A program made the position numbers and the translations under genes. The notes beneath the pieces were generated by a model. That model made no database searches. It saw only the letters and a list, made by a program, of their open reading frames with translations, and had not been told where the DNA came from. A stretch of DNA of 64,000 nt from a virus: the IMG/VR virus record IMGVR_UViG_3300037249_000310, positions 3,997 to 67,996 of that record, one strand, 5' to 3'. Of this stretch, positions 38,867 through 48,879 are shown one piece after another (position 1 is the stretch's first letter; each line of letters starts with the position of its first letter).

Positions 38867-39424
38867 ATGCAGGACGCACAACAGTTATTATACAAGCCTT
38901 CAAAAAGTAAGACAGATACCGAAAAGCTGCTAAGCATACATAAAAATCTGGTTTATTGGTGTCTTCACAGAGCTAATGCAGCATATGATGCAGACTGTGA
39001 GTCGGCTGCATGGGAAGCGCTGTGGGATGCAATAAATAAGTTTGACGTTTTTAGCTCTACAGCATTTTCATCATTCGCTGTTCGAGTTATTACGAATCGA
39101 ATAAATGATGTCTTGCGTAAGCGCAAGATACAGTATGCCCGCGAAGCCGAAGTACCAGAGTACTATGAGGCAGTAGATGAATACAGCTCTCCGCAGCAAA
39201 TGATTGAGGCTGCTGATGAGCTAAGGCGTATAAATGCAATCATAGATGACTACATAAATACGCGAACAGGTAAAACAAAAAATATACTTATAGTATGGCG
39301 CGCGTCACAGTTTAGCTGCGAACATAAAGCCATTGCTACAATTTGCAACACAAGCACTTCTACAGTAGGCAAGGTGCTTGTGGGATGTAGAGCCTACATA
39401 GCCACGAGATTAAGGGACGCATAG
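38867..39424 (+). CDS. RNA polymerase sigma-70 family factor
   Basis: Region 2 (HKNLVY...ALWDAINKFD....FSSFAVRVITNRINDVLRK) and a region-4-like HTH (KAIATICNTSTSTV). Confidence 0.85.
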   Translation: MQDAQQLLYKPSKSKTDTEKLLSIHKNLVYWCLHRANAAYDADCESAAWEALWDAINKFDVFSSTAFSSFAVRVITNRINDVLRKRKIQYAREAEVPEYYEAVDEYSSPQQMIEAADELRRINAIIDDYINTRTGKTKNILIVWRASQFSCEHKAIATICNTSTSTVGKVLVGCRAYIATRLRDA

Positions 39425-39476
39425 TCCCTTAAGTCTAAATATAAAACCTGTCACAGGTAGAAAGGAAAAAAGAAAA

Positions 39477-40856
39477 ATGGAAAAAACATTTCAGAACGTT
39501 GCATCTCTACTGGCGTTAGTTTCACGCACACGTTCAACACTTCAAAAGCAGGGTATCTTAATCAGATTTAAAGATACACCTAAGCTGCAGATTATTCTCA
39601 AGCATCTGTACAACCCGTATGTCACAACTGGCATAAAGGACAAGTCTTTAGACACAGCCTACTGGTGTATTGTTGGTACACCAACTATACCTTTCAATGA
39701 TATTGAGGAGCTGCTTACATACCTACAGACCAATAATACAGGCACTGCGTATGCCTTAGAAATGGCTGCAATGCTTCTGCACTGGGCTGAGGGTATATCA
39801 GCAGATGCTGCATGGCTTATGCGTGGCATTATAACAAAGAACCTCCAGATCGGAGTAAAGGCACAGATGCTCAATCAGACATATGGCAAAGGCTTTATAC
39901 CTATAGTAGGCATCATGCGTGGAATGCATGCACCTGCTGGTTTTGCAGGTATCTATATAGCTACTGAAAAGATAGATGGCAACAGACGTCTTATAATGAA
40001 TAAAGCAACCGGTGTAGAAATCTACACGCGTTCTGGTAGGCGTGACAAAGGACTGCTTGAACTTGAAAGGCAGGTTAAAACCTACTTACCAGTAGGTTAT
40101 GTATTCGATACCGAGTGTGTTGCATGTGGCAACTATGAAGATAATGTTGCTTTACGTCAGGCTACTGCTGCACGCTTAAATAGCCGTGGTACAAGATTCG
40201 GTATCATTGCTAAAGTCTTTGATATGATGACTCAGGAAGAATATGACCGTGGCATATCAAACAAGAAAGCAGCTGAACGAAAAGCAGATATTGCGAGCTT
40301 ATTTGGAGATACCAAAGGTATACAGCTTTTGAAAGAGCATAAGATTATCAGTGAAGACTTCAGTAGTTTTGATGATGTATCAGAGAAATGTGCCAATATC
40401 ATCGGACTACCAATCCTCGGTATTGTACATAATATGTCAGAAGCATCAGCTTTAGCACAGCCTGTATGGGATAGAAACGGTGAAGGTCTTATGCTTGTAG
40501 ATGTCTTATCTGCATATGAAGTAAACCCGAATCCACGTAAAACACTGCTTAAGATTAAAGCTACTGAAGAGGCTGTTGTTAAGGTCGTAGATGTGATAGA
40601 AGGTACAAACTCAAATGAGGGTAAGCTCGGCGCTTTACTTGTTGAATTTACTGGCAAAGATAATAAGACTTATACCTTTAGTGTAGGTTCAGGGTTCACC
40701 CAGTATGAGCGTCAGACCTACTGGCTTGAGCCATCTACTATCATAGGCAAACAAATAGAGATAGAGCATTTTGGTGAGTCATTAAACAAAAATGGCACAA
40801 GAGCATTAAACTGTCCTATCTTTAAGCGAGTAGTAGGAGACGTAGACAGATGTTAA
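39477..40856 (+). CDS. lig: ATP-dependent DNA ligase
   Basis: Motif I TEKIDGNR, FDTE, VFD, EGLML, LLKIK; OB-fold VGSGFT. Confidence 0.93.
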   Translation: MEKTFQNVASLLALVSRTRSTLQKQGILIRFKDTPKLQIILKHLYNPYVTTGIKDKSLDTAYWCIVGTPTIPFNDIEELLTYLQTNNTGTAYALEMAAMLLHWAEGISADAAWLMRGIITKNLQIGVKAQMLNQTYGKGFIPIVGIMRGMHAPAGFAGIYIATEKIDGNRRLIMNKATGVEIYTRSGRRDKGLLELERQVKTYLPVGYVFDTECVACGNYEDNVALRQATAARLNSRGTRFGIIAKVFDMMTQEEYDRGISNKKAAERKADIASLFGDTKGIQLLKEHKIISEDFSSFDDVSEKCANIIGLPILGIVHNMSEASALAQPVWDRNGEGLMLVDVLSAYEVNPNPRKTLLKIKATEEAVVKVVDVIEGTNSNEGKLGALLVEFTGKDNKTYTFSVGSGFTQYERQTYWLEPSTIIGKQIEIEHFGESLNKNGTRALNCPIFKRVVGDVDRC

Positions 40857-41020
40857 GATGTAAACAGTGCAGAAAGCAGTTCACTACAGAACCTACCATT
40901 AAAACACACTTCTGTTGTCCTCGTTGTGCAGCAGCCTACAGTAGACAGCTTACATACAGGCGCTATATAGCAATTGCAATAAATAAAATGAGCACGAAGG
41001 AGGTCAGTAGATATGCTTAA
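40850..41020 (+). CDS. small Zn-finger protein (56 aa, not in ORF track)
   Basis: Manual translation MLRCKQCRKQF...HFCCPRCAAAY...; AGGAG RBS; fills the gap between ligase and the next gene. Confidence 0.65.
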   Translation: MLRCKQCRKQFTTEPTIKTHFCCPRCAAAYSRQLTYRRYIAIAINKMSTKEVSRYA

Positions 41021-41273
41021 GCGCGTTGAAAAGAGGGCATTTACACTGCAGCTTCTTGCAGCAAAGTATGCAGCATATATAATAAAGACGCACTGCACCA
41101 TACAGGAAGCAGCTGACCATTTTAAAGTACCACGTTCTACTTTATGGTGGCGTATTGATACTAAGCTTGAAACACCTAAGCGTGCTAAGCTAAGAAGAAT
41201 CGCGGTCGAAAATAAGCAGAATAAAGGCCGCGTTACAAGAAAGAAAAGAAGGAGAGTTAATAAGTATGCTTAA
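41013..41273 (+). CDS. HTH protein, SpoIIID-like
   Basis: YIIKTHCTIQEAADHFKVPRSTL...KL resembles SpoIIID YIVETKKTVRVIAKEFGVSKSTV...RL (recalled sequence); basic C-terminus. Confidence 0.6.
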   Translation: MLKRVEKRAFTLQLLAAKYAAYIIKTHCTIQEAADHFKVPRSTLWWRIDTKLETPKRAKLRRIAVENKQNKGRVTRKKRRRVNKYA

Positions 41274-41475
41274 AATAACTATACTCGCATGGGTCATTAC
41301 TATCATAGCATATGCAATATTTCGCATACAGTGCAAGTGGTTATCTACTGAAGAACGCAAGCTCTATGAAGAGCGTGGTATATTTCCAATGCGTTTACTT
41401 GTACTGGCTGCATTTATGTGCACAAGCTTTATAGCTTCAATCACGCTGACTATAATAACAGTGGCTATTAGATAG
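41266..41475 (+). CDS. small membrane protein (2 TM)
   Basis: Two hydrophobic segments; RBS present. Confidence 0.7.
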   Translation: MLKITILAWVITIIAYAIFRIQCKWLSTEERKLYEERGIFPMRLLVLAAFMCTSFIASITLTIITVAIR

Positions 41476-41485
41476 GAGGAGAAGT

Positions 41486-42154
41486 ATGTTAGTAGCTATA
41501 GACGGAGCCGTTAAAAATCCCGGCACCCCCAATTGCCTTTCAGTTGGCTGTGCACTCTTCATTGAGTCAAATTCAACAGAGCTGTTCAGTGCTATCTGTG
41601 AAGGTACTGCATCAACAAGTCAGCGTGGCGAAATAAATGGCCTTATAAGCGCTTTGAATGGTGCAGAGGCAGAGCACCTCACTGATGATTCATTAGTCAT
41701 TCTTACTGACTCACAGTATCTGCATGATACTGTAATGTATGAATGGGTTCAGAAATGGGCAGCAGCCGGCTGGATATCAGCATCTGGTGAACCACCAAAG
41801 AATGCTGACCTGTGGAAGAAAGTTCTCGAGCTTATTAAAAAGCTTGAAGATAGAGGCGTTGAAATAGTCATGTTATGGACAAAGGGGCATCTCTACAGAT
41901 ACCCTGCTGGGCAGATCAAACGCTGCATGCAGCAGGATGCCACAGGTGCAACACTTCTCTCAAGTATTGAGACAATGCTTAATGTTGCAACACAGCGTGA
42001 ACGTGCTGTAAGTGCATTTAATGCTTGTCGTGCAGAGCATGATATGCCACCGCTTCCAGATAACTTAGCTGCTGAGTATATTGTGTACAACTGCACAGTA
42101 GATGCAATCGCAACTTATGTTGCAAACTTACTTAAAGAACATGTAGATGCATAG
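41486..42154 (+). CDS. ribonuclease HI-like protein
   Basis: IDGA..NPG, TSQRGEI, ILTDSQY, KNADLW, WTKGH, N..VD motifs. Confidence 0.9.
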   Translation: MLVAIDGAVKNPGTPNCLSVGCALFIESNSTELFSAICEGTASTSQRGEINGLISALNGAEAEHLTDDSLVILTDSQYLHDTVMYEWVQKWAAAGWISASGEPPKNADLWKKVLELIKKLEDRGVEIVMLWTKGHLYRYPAGQIKRCMQQDATGATLLSSIETMLNVATQRERAVSAFNACRAEHDMPPLPDNLAAEYIVYNCTVDAIATYVANLLKEHVDA

Positions 42155-42194
42155 TCTACTGTTAAATAAATTAAATTTACAGGAGGATATTACC

Positions 42195-42989
42195 ATGAGT
42201 AATGAAACCAAGAACACTAAGGAAACACAGGAGACAGCTATTATGAACACTGAGACTAATATGCAGCCGGCTACATCAACTACTGAGCCTATTTACGGCT
42301 TTGAAGATTCTAATGCATCTGATATCGTCATACCTCGTATAAAGGTAATCAATGCTCTCAGCCCTGAGCGTCAGGACGGTATCGCTAATGAGGGTGACAT
42401 CATCAATTCACTGACAAAGGAGTCTGTTGCTGATAAAGCATTCATTCCGATTAAGCACTTCTACAGCAAGATAAAATGGAATCCTGACCGTGATGCTGAC
42501 CAGCGTATTATCTGTATGAGCAGAGATGGTAAGATCGGTGTTGATGGTGATAATGTTAAGCATGCATGTGCATCATGCAAGGACTGCCTGTTTGATAACA
42601 CAAAGACCGGCAAAGATTCACAACCTCTCTGCACAAGCTATATGAACTTCCTCGGCTTCTTTGAAGGAGATCCAATGCCAGTAGTTCTTTCATTTGCAAA
42701 GACAAACTACAATGAAGGTAAGAAAATGCTTTCTATTGCAAAGGCCATGAGATGCAACATCTGGGACTACTCTTACCTCCTTGCTGGCAAGAAAGTTAGC
42801 AAGGGAAGAAACAGCTGGTACAATATATCAGCAACACGTGGTCCAGCAACCTCTGCTGAAGACAGACAGCTTGCTAAGGAGCTTTATGATGTCTATGCTA
42901 AGATCGCAATCAATGCTGATTATGAAGATGTTGCAACACTTGATTCTTCCAGTGTTCCTGCTGATGCAGAGATTGCAGCAGAAATTTGA
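42195..42989 (+). CDS. putative ssDNA-binding/replication accessory protein
   Basis: GFED...DIVIPRIKV...SP N-terminus, CxxC, acidic C-terminus; directly upstream of the primase. Confidence 0.5.
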   Translation: MSNETKNTKETQETAIMNTETNMQPATSTTEPIYGFEDSNASDIVIPRIKVINALSPERQDGIANEGDIINSLTKESVADKAFIPIKHFYSKIKWNPDRDADQRIICMSRDGKIGVDGDNVKHACASCKDCLFDNTKTGKDSQPLCTSYMNFLGFFEGDPMPVVLSFAKTNYNEGKKMLSIAKAMRCNIWDYSYLLAGKKVSKGRNSWYNISATRGPATSAEDRQLAKELYDVYAKIAINADYEDVATLDSSSVPADAEIAAEI

Positions 42990-43000
42990 GGTGCTAACAT

Positions 43001-45949
43001 ATGTCAAAATGGAGAAATTACTGCCAGCAAATCTTAAACTCCATTGACAATGATGCATTCTATACAGGTGAGCTTGATGCCCTTGGTTGTACCTACTCAC
43101 GTAGAGGTCTGGAAATCAAGGGCATGTGCCCATTTAAGCATAAGCATGCATCAGGTAAAGATGCCATTCCATCATTTACAGCAAATATTGGCTCAGGCGT
43201 TTATTTTTGTAACAGCTGCGGATCTAAAGGAAATGTACATACATTTACCAAAGAGATAAAAGGCCTAAGCGGTCAAGATGCATGGTACTACTTAGGTGAT
43301 GCACTTGGTTTAGAAAGGCCAGCTGTATCAGACGGACGCCCTGATATTGATCCATCGTTACCTGTCAAATGGCACAAAGAATTAATGGAAAGTACAGCCC
43401 CTGTACGTCAGTATTTAACTGAAGTACGAGGCATAACTGATGAGACGCTCAAAAGATTTTTAATAGGCTTTGATGGTGAGCGTGTAACATTACCGATATA
43501 CAATGAGTTCAATGAGCTTGTCAATATTCGTAGATATAAGTGGAATTCCTACGAAGGTGCTACGAAGATGATAAACTATGAAGATGAACAGGGCAATGCA
43601 TATGGTGAAGTACGCCTCTATGGTGTGGAGCGGTTAGTAGATGAATCAGTAGAAGCTGTTATGTTATGTGAAGGCGAATGGGATAGACTTGTAGCTGAGC
43701 AGAATGAGATACCAGCAGTGACATCGACCGCTGGTGCTGGCAACTTCAATGTTGAGTTCTTCGACTTTTTCAGAAACAAGAAATATGTATATATTTGCTA
43801 TGATAATGACGAAGCCGGCAGAATGGCGACAGCCTACTTTTTAGAGAATGCGCCAAAAGGACCAATCTACTATACAATTGATTGGCCAACTGACCTACCC
43901 GTTAAAGCTGATGTATCTGATGCTTTTATTAAGTTTGGTTACAATAAAGCTTCATTTATGGGCTTGTTTAAACCATATGTACGACAGGAGGCACCATTAG
44001 TAGATTTACTGCATGCTACGGATGCTAAGTATGTAGGTAAAAGAATCAAAGTAACCGGTCTATTGGCTGGTAAAGGTACTACCCCGTTTATCTATCCAAA
44101 GACAATCGAATGCAAATGTGGCATTGCAGCATCTGGTGATGAGCCTGATGGTAAAATGTGTCAGGCATGCATATATAAAGGTGGTGCAAAGCGTACCATA
44201 AAGCTTAATGCTGCAAATAATGTTATATTGGCATTAATTGATTGTCCAGATAAAGAGTACAAGGCCACACTGCGTATGCTCTGTAATATTCCACAGAAAT
44301 GTAGTGGTGCTGACATTAAGATTGTTGAGCGTGGCAATATAGAGACTGTTCGACTTGTGCCACGTGCAGAGCTTGACCATACGCATCATAAAACTACTGA
44401 GTTCTGTAGTAGAGACTGCTACGTAATATCTACTGATATACCAGCCAATAAAAAGTACACATTATCAGGCTACCCACATCCACATCCAAATTCACAGCAG
44501 GCTACTTTTATCTTTGATAAAGTAGTGCCTGAAAAGGCTGTTAGTGAAGAAAACATAAATGATGATGAAATCACTGATAAGCTGAAAATTTTTCAGGTTG
44601 CTGAGGGTCAGACAATTAAGGATAAATTGAATGACATATATGAGGACCTTGAACGAAATGTCACATACGTTTGGGGTCGCCGTGAAGTAATGCTTGCTAC
44701 TGACTTAGTTTACAATTCAGTCTTGAACTTTAATTTTCAGGGACAGTTTGTAAAGCGCGGCTGGTGCGAGACGCTTATAATCGGTGACTCAGGACAGGCA
44801 AAGACTACAACAGTAGAGCGTCTGGTATCACACTATAAATGTGGTGAGATTATATCCGGTGAGTCTGCACGACGTACCGGCTTACTGTATTCTATACAGC
44901 AACAGGGCAGTGCATGGACTCTTATCTGGGGTGCAATGCCACTCAACGATGGTGGTCTACTGGTTATCGATGAGTTCTCTGGTATCTCTGAAGACGACTT
45001 ATCAAAGATGTCTGATACACGAAGCTCAGGTATATGTAGAGTATCAGGTGTTGTAACCGGTGAAACTACTGCTCGAACACGCTTGATTATGATATCAAAC
45101 CCGAGATCTGGTCGCCAGTTAAGATCTGAAACTTATGGCGTAAATGCAGTGCTTAAACTCATGGGCAAAGCAGAAGATGTACGTAGATTAGATTTTGCAG
45201 TAGGCGTTGCATCTGGTGAAGTTGGACAGGACATAATTAATCAGAGCATCCTTGATATGCCTGATGTAAAGCATAAGTATACGTCAGAGTTATGCTCTTT
45301 ACGTACACTGTGGGCGTGGTCCAGACAGCCAGATCAAATTAAGTTTACACCTGAAGCTATGAAAATGATTCTCTCCAAGTCTATAGACTTAGGTAGACAA
45401 TTTTCAAGTAAGATTCCGCTGGTAGAGCCTGCAGATCAGCGTATTAAACTTGCAAGACTTGCAACTGCATTAGCATGCTGTCTGTATAGTACAGATGACG
45501 GTCATAATGTAATTGTTAAGCCAGAGCATGTAGAATATATAGTTGAATACTTGCAGCACATCTACTGTAGTGATGCTTTAAAGTATGATAAATTCTCAGC
45601 AGAGGATTTTGAAAACTCTGACTCATCTGATTCTACATTACAACGCTTGCGTTCTGATTTCCTTGGTCTTATAATCACAGAGCGTGAACCACAGGAAGTA
45701 ATAACAGCATTATACCAGCTTCCATACTTGGATAGACGAGCACTTGAAGATGCTACAGGTCTCGGCAGTGAAGAGTTGCGTAGTGTAATGCACTTCATCA
45801 TTGCAAATCAATTAGTTGAAAAAGCTGGTACAGGCTATCGCCGAACACCATTAGGTACATCATTTCTTGACCAGATGCTGTTAAATCCAGCATCAGAAGA
45901 AGAGATAAAAGCTTGCCGTGCAAAGCGTTACTCAAATACTGAAATTTAA
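43001..45949 (+). CDS. DnaG-type primase (CHC2 Zn finger + TOPRIM) fused to an MCM-family AAA+ helicase
   Basis: CPFKHKH...YFCNSCG; LCEGEWD and YDNDEAG; IIGDSGQAKT, GAMPLNDGGLLVIDEF, MISNP, RRLDF, IKLARLA. Confidence 0.88.
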   Translation: MSKWRNYCQQILNSIDNDAFYTGELDALGCTYSRRGLEIKGMCPFKHKHASGKDAIPSFTANIGSGVYFCNSCGSKGNVHTFTKEIKGLSGQDAWYYLGDALGLERPAVSDGRPDIDPSLPVKWHKELMESTAPVRQYLTEVRGITDETLKRFLIGFDGERVTLPIYNEFNELVNIRRYKWNSYEGATKMINYEDEQGNAYGEVRLYGVERLVDESVEAVMLCEGEWDRLVAEQNEIPAVTSTAGAGNFNVEFFDFFRNKKYVYICYDNDEAGRMATAYFLENAPKGPIYYTIDWPTDLPVKADVSDAFIKFGYNKASFMGLFKPYVRQEAPLVDLLHATDAKYVGKRIKVTGLLAGKGTTPFIYPKTIECKCGIAASGDEPDGKMCQACIYKGGAKRTIKLNAANNVILALIDCPDKEYKATLRMLCNIPQKCSGADIKIVERGNIETVRLVPRAELDHTHHKTTEFCSRDCYVISTDIPANKKYTLSGYPHPHPNSQQATFIFDKVVPEKAVSEENINDDEITDKLKIFQVAEGQTIKDKLNDIYEDLERNVTYVWGRREVMLATDLVYNSVLNFNFQGQFVKRGWCETLIIGDSGQAKTTTVERLVSHYKCGEIISGESARRTGLLYSIQQQGSAWTLIWGAMPLNDGGLLVIDEFSGISEDDLSKMSDTRSSGICRVSGVVTGETTARTRLIMISNPRSGRQLRSETYGVNAVLKLMGKAEDVRRLDFAVGVASGEVGQDIINQSILDMPDVKHKYTSELCSLRTLWAWSRQPDQIKFTPEAMKMILSKSIDLGRQFSSKIPLVEPADQRIKLARLATALACCLYSTDDGHNVIVKPEHVEYIVEYLQHIYCSDALKYDKFSAEDFENSDSSDSTLQRLRSDFLGLIITEREPQEVITALYQLPYLDRRALEDATGLGSEELRSVMHFIIANQLVEKAGTGYRRTPLGTSFLDQMLLNPASEEEIKACRAKRYSNTEI

Positions 45950-45962
45950 GGAGGGCATATAA

Positions 45963-47042
45963 GTGCAATCAAAAGAAGAGTTATACAAACTGCTGACTAC
46001 TTCACATCCTAATACAGACGAAGCTACAATACAGATCTGGATAACTGTATTAAGTCAGCTTAAAGGCTGCCATGTACATTCATTTGCAGAGCAGGGAGTA
46101 GATGATGCAGGTTGGCATGCAGCAAGAGCTAAGGGTATTGGTGGTTCTGAGATAGCTGCAATACTTGGCAAATCAACATGGACCTCACCTACTGATATCT
46201 ACATGAAGAAGATACCTCAGTTTGAGTCTGAACCAGAGCCACAGACTGAGTCTGCAAGATGGGGCAATGTTCTTGAAGATGTAATAATTAAGGAATGGGC
46301 TCACCGTACAGGTAGACACTACGTGCACATACCTGTAAGTCTTCAGAGTGATGAAAATCCAATCTTCATCGCAAATGTTGACGGCTTTGAGGTTGATGCA
46401 GACTATAAGCTGATTGGCCTACTGGAGTGCAAGACAACAACACTCTACAATGAGAGTCTGTGGGCTGATGCTGAAGTACCAATTTATTACATATATCAGA
46501 TACAGTGGTATATGTCTATTACTGGACTTGAGAACACATGTATCATGTGTTTAGTAGGTGGCCAGCATCTTTACTACTATGACTTTCCGGCTTTGCATGA
46601 AATCGCCGAAGAAGAAAGAGAAGGTGCAATTGAGTTTTGGAATAATCATGTTATTCCAATGATTCCACCGGCTCTTACTGCACTTGATGCGGACAGATTA
46701 CAGAAAGTCAAGGCTGAAGAAGAAGAACACACAGAGCCTGTAATCACTGAAGATGCTGATACTTATACTGCTTTAGAACAGTATGTAGAATATCGTAATC
46801 TGATAAGCGAACTTGAAAAAAAGAAAAAAGAAGCTTATGCTAAAGTGCTCGATAAACTCGGCAAGGCAAATGAGCTGCTTGCATCTAAAGTAGCTGAGGA
46901 CGGCGAAAATCTCATGCATACAGCAAAGTGCTCATATTCTACTCGTCGTACATGTGACTTTAAAACGCTTGAAACCTTCTTTCCTCAGATATATGAGAAG
47001 GTAGTAAAGCAGTCTACATCTGTACGTGTTATAATAAAGTGA
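45963..47042 (+). CDS. YqaJ/lambda-exonuclease family nuclease
   Basis: WHAARAKGIGGSE, ANVDG, LECKT, YIYQIQWYM. Confidence 0.92.
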   Translation: MQSKEELYKLLTTSHPNTDEATIQIWITVLSQLKGCHVHSFAEQGVDDAGWHAARAKGIGGSEIAAILGKSTWTSPTDIYMKKIPQFESEPEPQTESARWGNVLEDVIIKEWAHRTGRHYVHIPVSLQSDENPIFIANVDGFEVDADYKLIGLLECKTTTLYNESLWADAEVPIYYIYQIQWYMSITGLENTCIMCLVGGQHLYYYDFPALHEIAEEEREGAIEFWNNHVIPMIPPALTALDADRLQKVKAEEEEHTEPVITEDADTYTALEQYVEYRNLISELEKKKKEAYAKVLDKLGKANELLASKVAEDGENLMHTAKCSYSTRRTCDFKTLETFFPQIYEKVVKQSTSVRVIIK

Positions 47043-47052
47043 GGTGACCACA

Positions 47053-47451
47053 ATGGATAAATTAGAAAGCATGTTTGACATGCAGAAGGAAAGTCAGGAG
47101 CATCGTGGTTTTGAGTTTCCAATGGTAGGCATAACTGCTGCTGAGTACATAAAAACACACACGCTACATTGCATTGATGAGCTGTGTGAAATGCTACACG
47201 AGGTCAAGGGTTATAAGGAATGGAAAGTCTATGACTTTAATGATTCCGTTGATAACTATGTTAAAAAGACGCTTGCAAAGGGAGAGCTTGTAGATGCAGT
47301 TCATTTCCTCTTAAATATTGCATTGGCTCTCGGTATGACCGCTGATGAGTTATATGAAGCATATACAGCAAAGAGCAAAATAAACTACCAGCGACTTGAA
47401 GATATAGAACACTACAAGAAAGATACTGAGGTACAGAATGAAGATAGATGA
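47053..47451 (+). CDS. all-alpha dUTPase (dimeric/MazG-like)
   Basis: DELCE..HE..GYKEWK, ELVDAVHF, K.KINYQR. Confidence 0.85.
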   Translation: MDKLESMFDMQKESQEHRGFEFPMVGITAAEYIKTHTLHCIDELCEMLHEVKGYKEWKVYDFNDSVDNYVKKTLAKGELVDAVHFLLNIALALGMTADELYEAYTAKSKINYQRLEDIEHYKKDTEVQNEDR

Positions 47452-47740
47452 AGCTAAAAAACATATAGTTCCAGTTAAGCTATCTGCTGATAACCTTATC
47501 ACAGTACGCTCTGGACCAAGAGGTGCATATACAACAATAGACATCGATGCTGATGTGCTTACACTAGGCGTTGCTGCTAAAATTCTTACAAAGCGTTATG
47601 AGCAGCACCTGCGTCTGTTTAAGCTGCAGGGCACAGTACCTGCAGATTTTAATGACCAGGTAGATGCAATGGTTGATGCCTATTTTGCATGCAAAAGAGA
47701 TGAAATCGTTATGATACGAAAGGATGGTAAAAATGGATAA
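47438..47740 (+). CDS. hypothetical protein
   Basis: ORF overlapping both neighbours in the operon. Confidence 0.7.
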   Translation: MKIDEAKKHIVPVKLSADNLITVRSGPRGAYTTIDIDADVLTLGVAAKILTKRYEQHLRLFKLQGTVPADFNDQVDAMVDAYFACKRDEIVMIRKDGKNG

Positions 47741-48599
47741 AATTGAGGTGTGCTTATATGTACCTTCTCAGGTACGTAGATGCAAGAAATTAACTGTAGG
47801 TAGTGCACGCTTAACGCAGCGTGGAGAGAAGATTACTTGTGCTGAAGACCTCTTTGAACTGATGGATGCACCAGTAAGTGATAAGACCTTAGCTGCAATG
47901 ATGTCACTGCCACATAATAACATTCGCTGCTTCGGCACTATCACAATGTTCATAGTAGGTGCTTCAAGAAGATTCCTTGCACAGATAACACGCAGAAGAA
48001 CCGGCGTAACATTCTGTTCAGGCTCACTGCAGTACAGTGACTGGTCAAGGAATCCTAAAGCTGCTGAAGAGCAGTTTGTTGTGCCATATGAAATACTCGC
48101 AAAAGATACATACCACTGTGGCTATGCAGATCTTGAGCAGGGCTACTATCGCCGAAACTTCATTAAGTCCTGTGCTACTGCAATGGCTAACTATGAAAAA
48201 ATGATTAAGCAAGGCCTTGACAGAGATACAGCCGGCTATATAGCACCGCAGTCTCTGAGAAATGTGCTGATTATAGATGCTACACCTCAGGCATGGATTG
48301 AAATGATACGCCAGCGTACTTGTAAGCGTAACACAGATGAAACCAGATATGTCTTATTAAAGTGCTGGGAAAAGCTGAACAGAGTAGATCCCATAATGTT
48401 TTCAGCTGCTACCTGCTTACCATCTTGTTATATGGGTGCATGCCTTGAACAGAAGATGACATGTGGTAAGCCATATGCACATGAAAAGTATAAGGATGTA
48501 ACCGAAGCTTTGCCGACGACAATAATAAATGATGAGTTTCCGGCAATTAAGTATATCAAAGACCTACAGATACAGGAGGAAAACAATGGCTTGGACTAA
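47733..48599 (+). CDS. thyX: divergent FAD-dependent thymidylate synthase (ThyX family)
   Basis: GASRRFLAQITRRR...SLQY, AGYIAPQ, IRQR.C, C..G.C.E..M.CG; canonical RHR and SxRY motifs altered. Confidence 0.8.
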   Translation: MDKIEVCLYVPSQVRRCKKLTVGSARLTQRGEKITCAEDLFELMDAPVSDKTLAAMMSLPHNNIRCFGTITMFIVGASRRFLAQITRRRTGVTFCSGSLQYSDWSRNPKAAEEQFVVPYEILAKDTYHCGYADLEQGYYRRNFIKSCATAMANYEKMIKQGLDRDTAGYIAPQSLRNVLIIDATPQAWIEMIRQRTCKRNTDETRYVLLKCWEKLNRVDPIMFSAATCLPSCYMGACLEQKMTCGKPYAHEKYKDVTEALPTTIINDEFPAIKYIKDLQIQEENNGLD

Positions 48600-48858
48600 T
48601 AGTGCATCAGATGCAGAAATGAAGAGCGTGCTGACTGCAATCGATCTTCTCGAGCAGCGCCCGTTTATCACACATATGAGCTATGAGATGATAGCAAGAG
48701 CAAGCTGTACACTTAAGGCTACAGCAGTACGCTGGATAATTCCTATGCTTGTAGATAAGGGCTACGTAATGCAGCTTACAGTAGGTGAGCAGAAGGTGCC
48801 ACGCTACTTCTATAAGCTTACGGCGGCAGGTAAAAAATTCATGGGTACGTCAAATTGA
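48586..48858 (+). CDS. small winged-HTH protein
   Basis: IARA...LVDKGYV...YKLTAAGK pattern. Confidence 0.65.
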   Translation: MAWTNSASDAEMKSVLTAIDLLEQRPFITHMSYEMIARASCTLKATAVRWIIPMLVDKGYVMQLTVGEQKVPRYFYKLTAAGKKFMGTSN

Positions 48859-48879
48859 TGTACCCAAAGGAGGAACATT

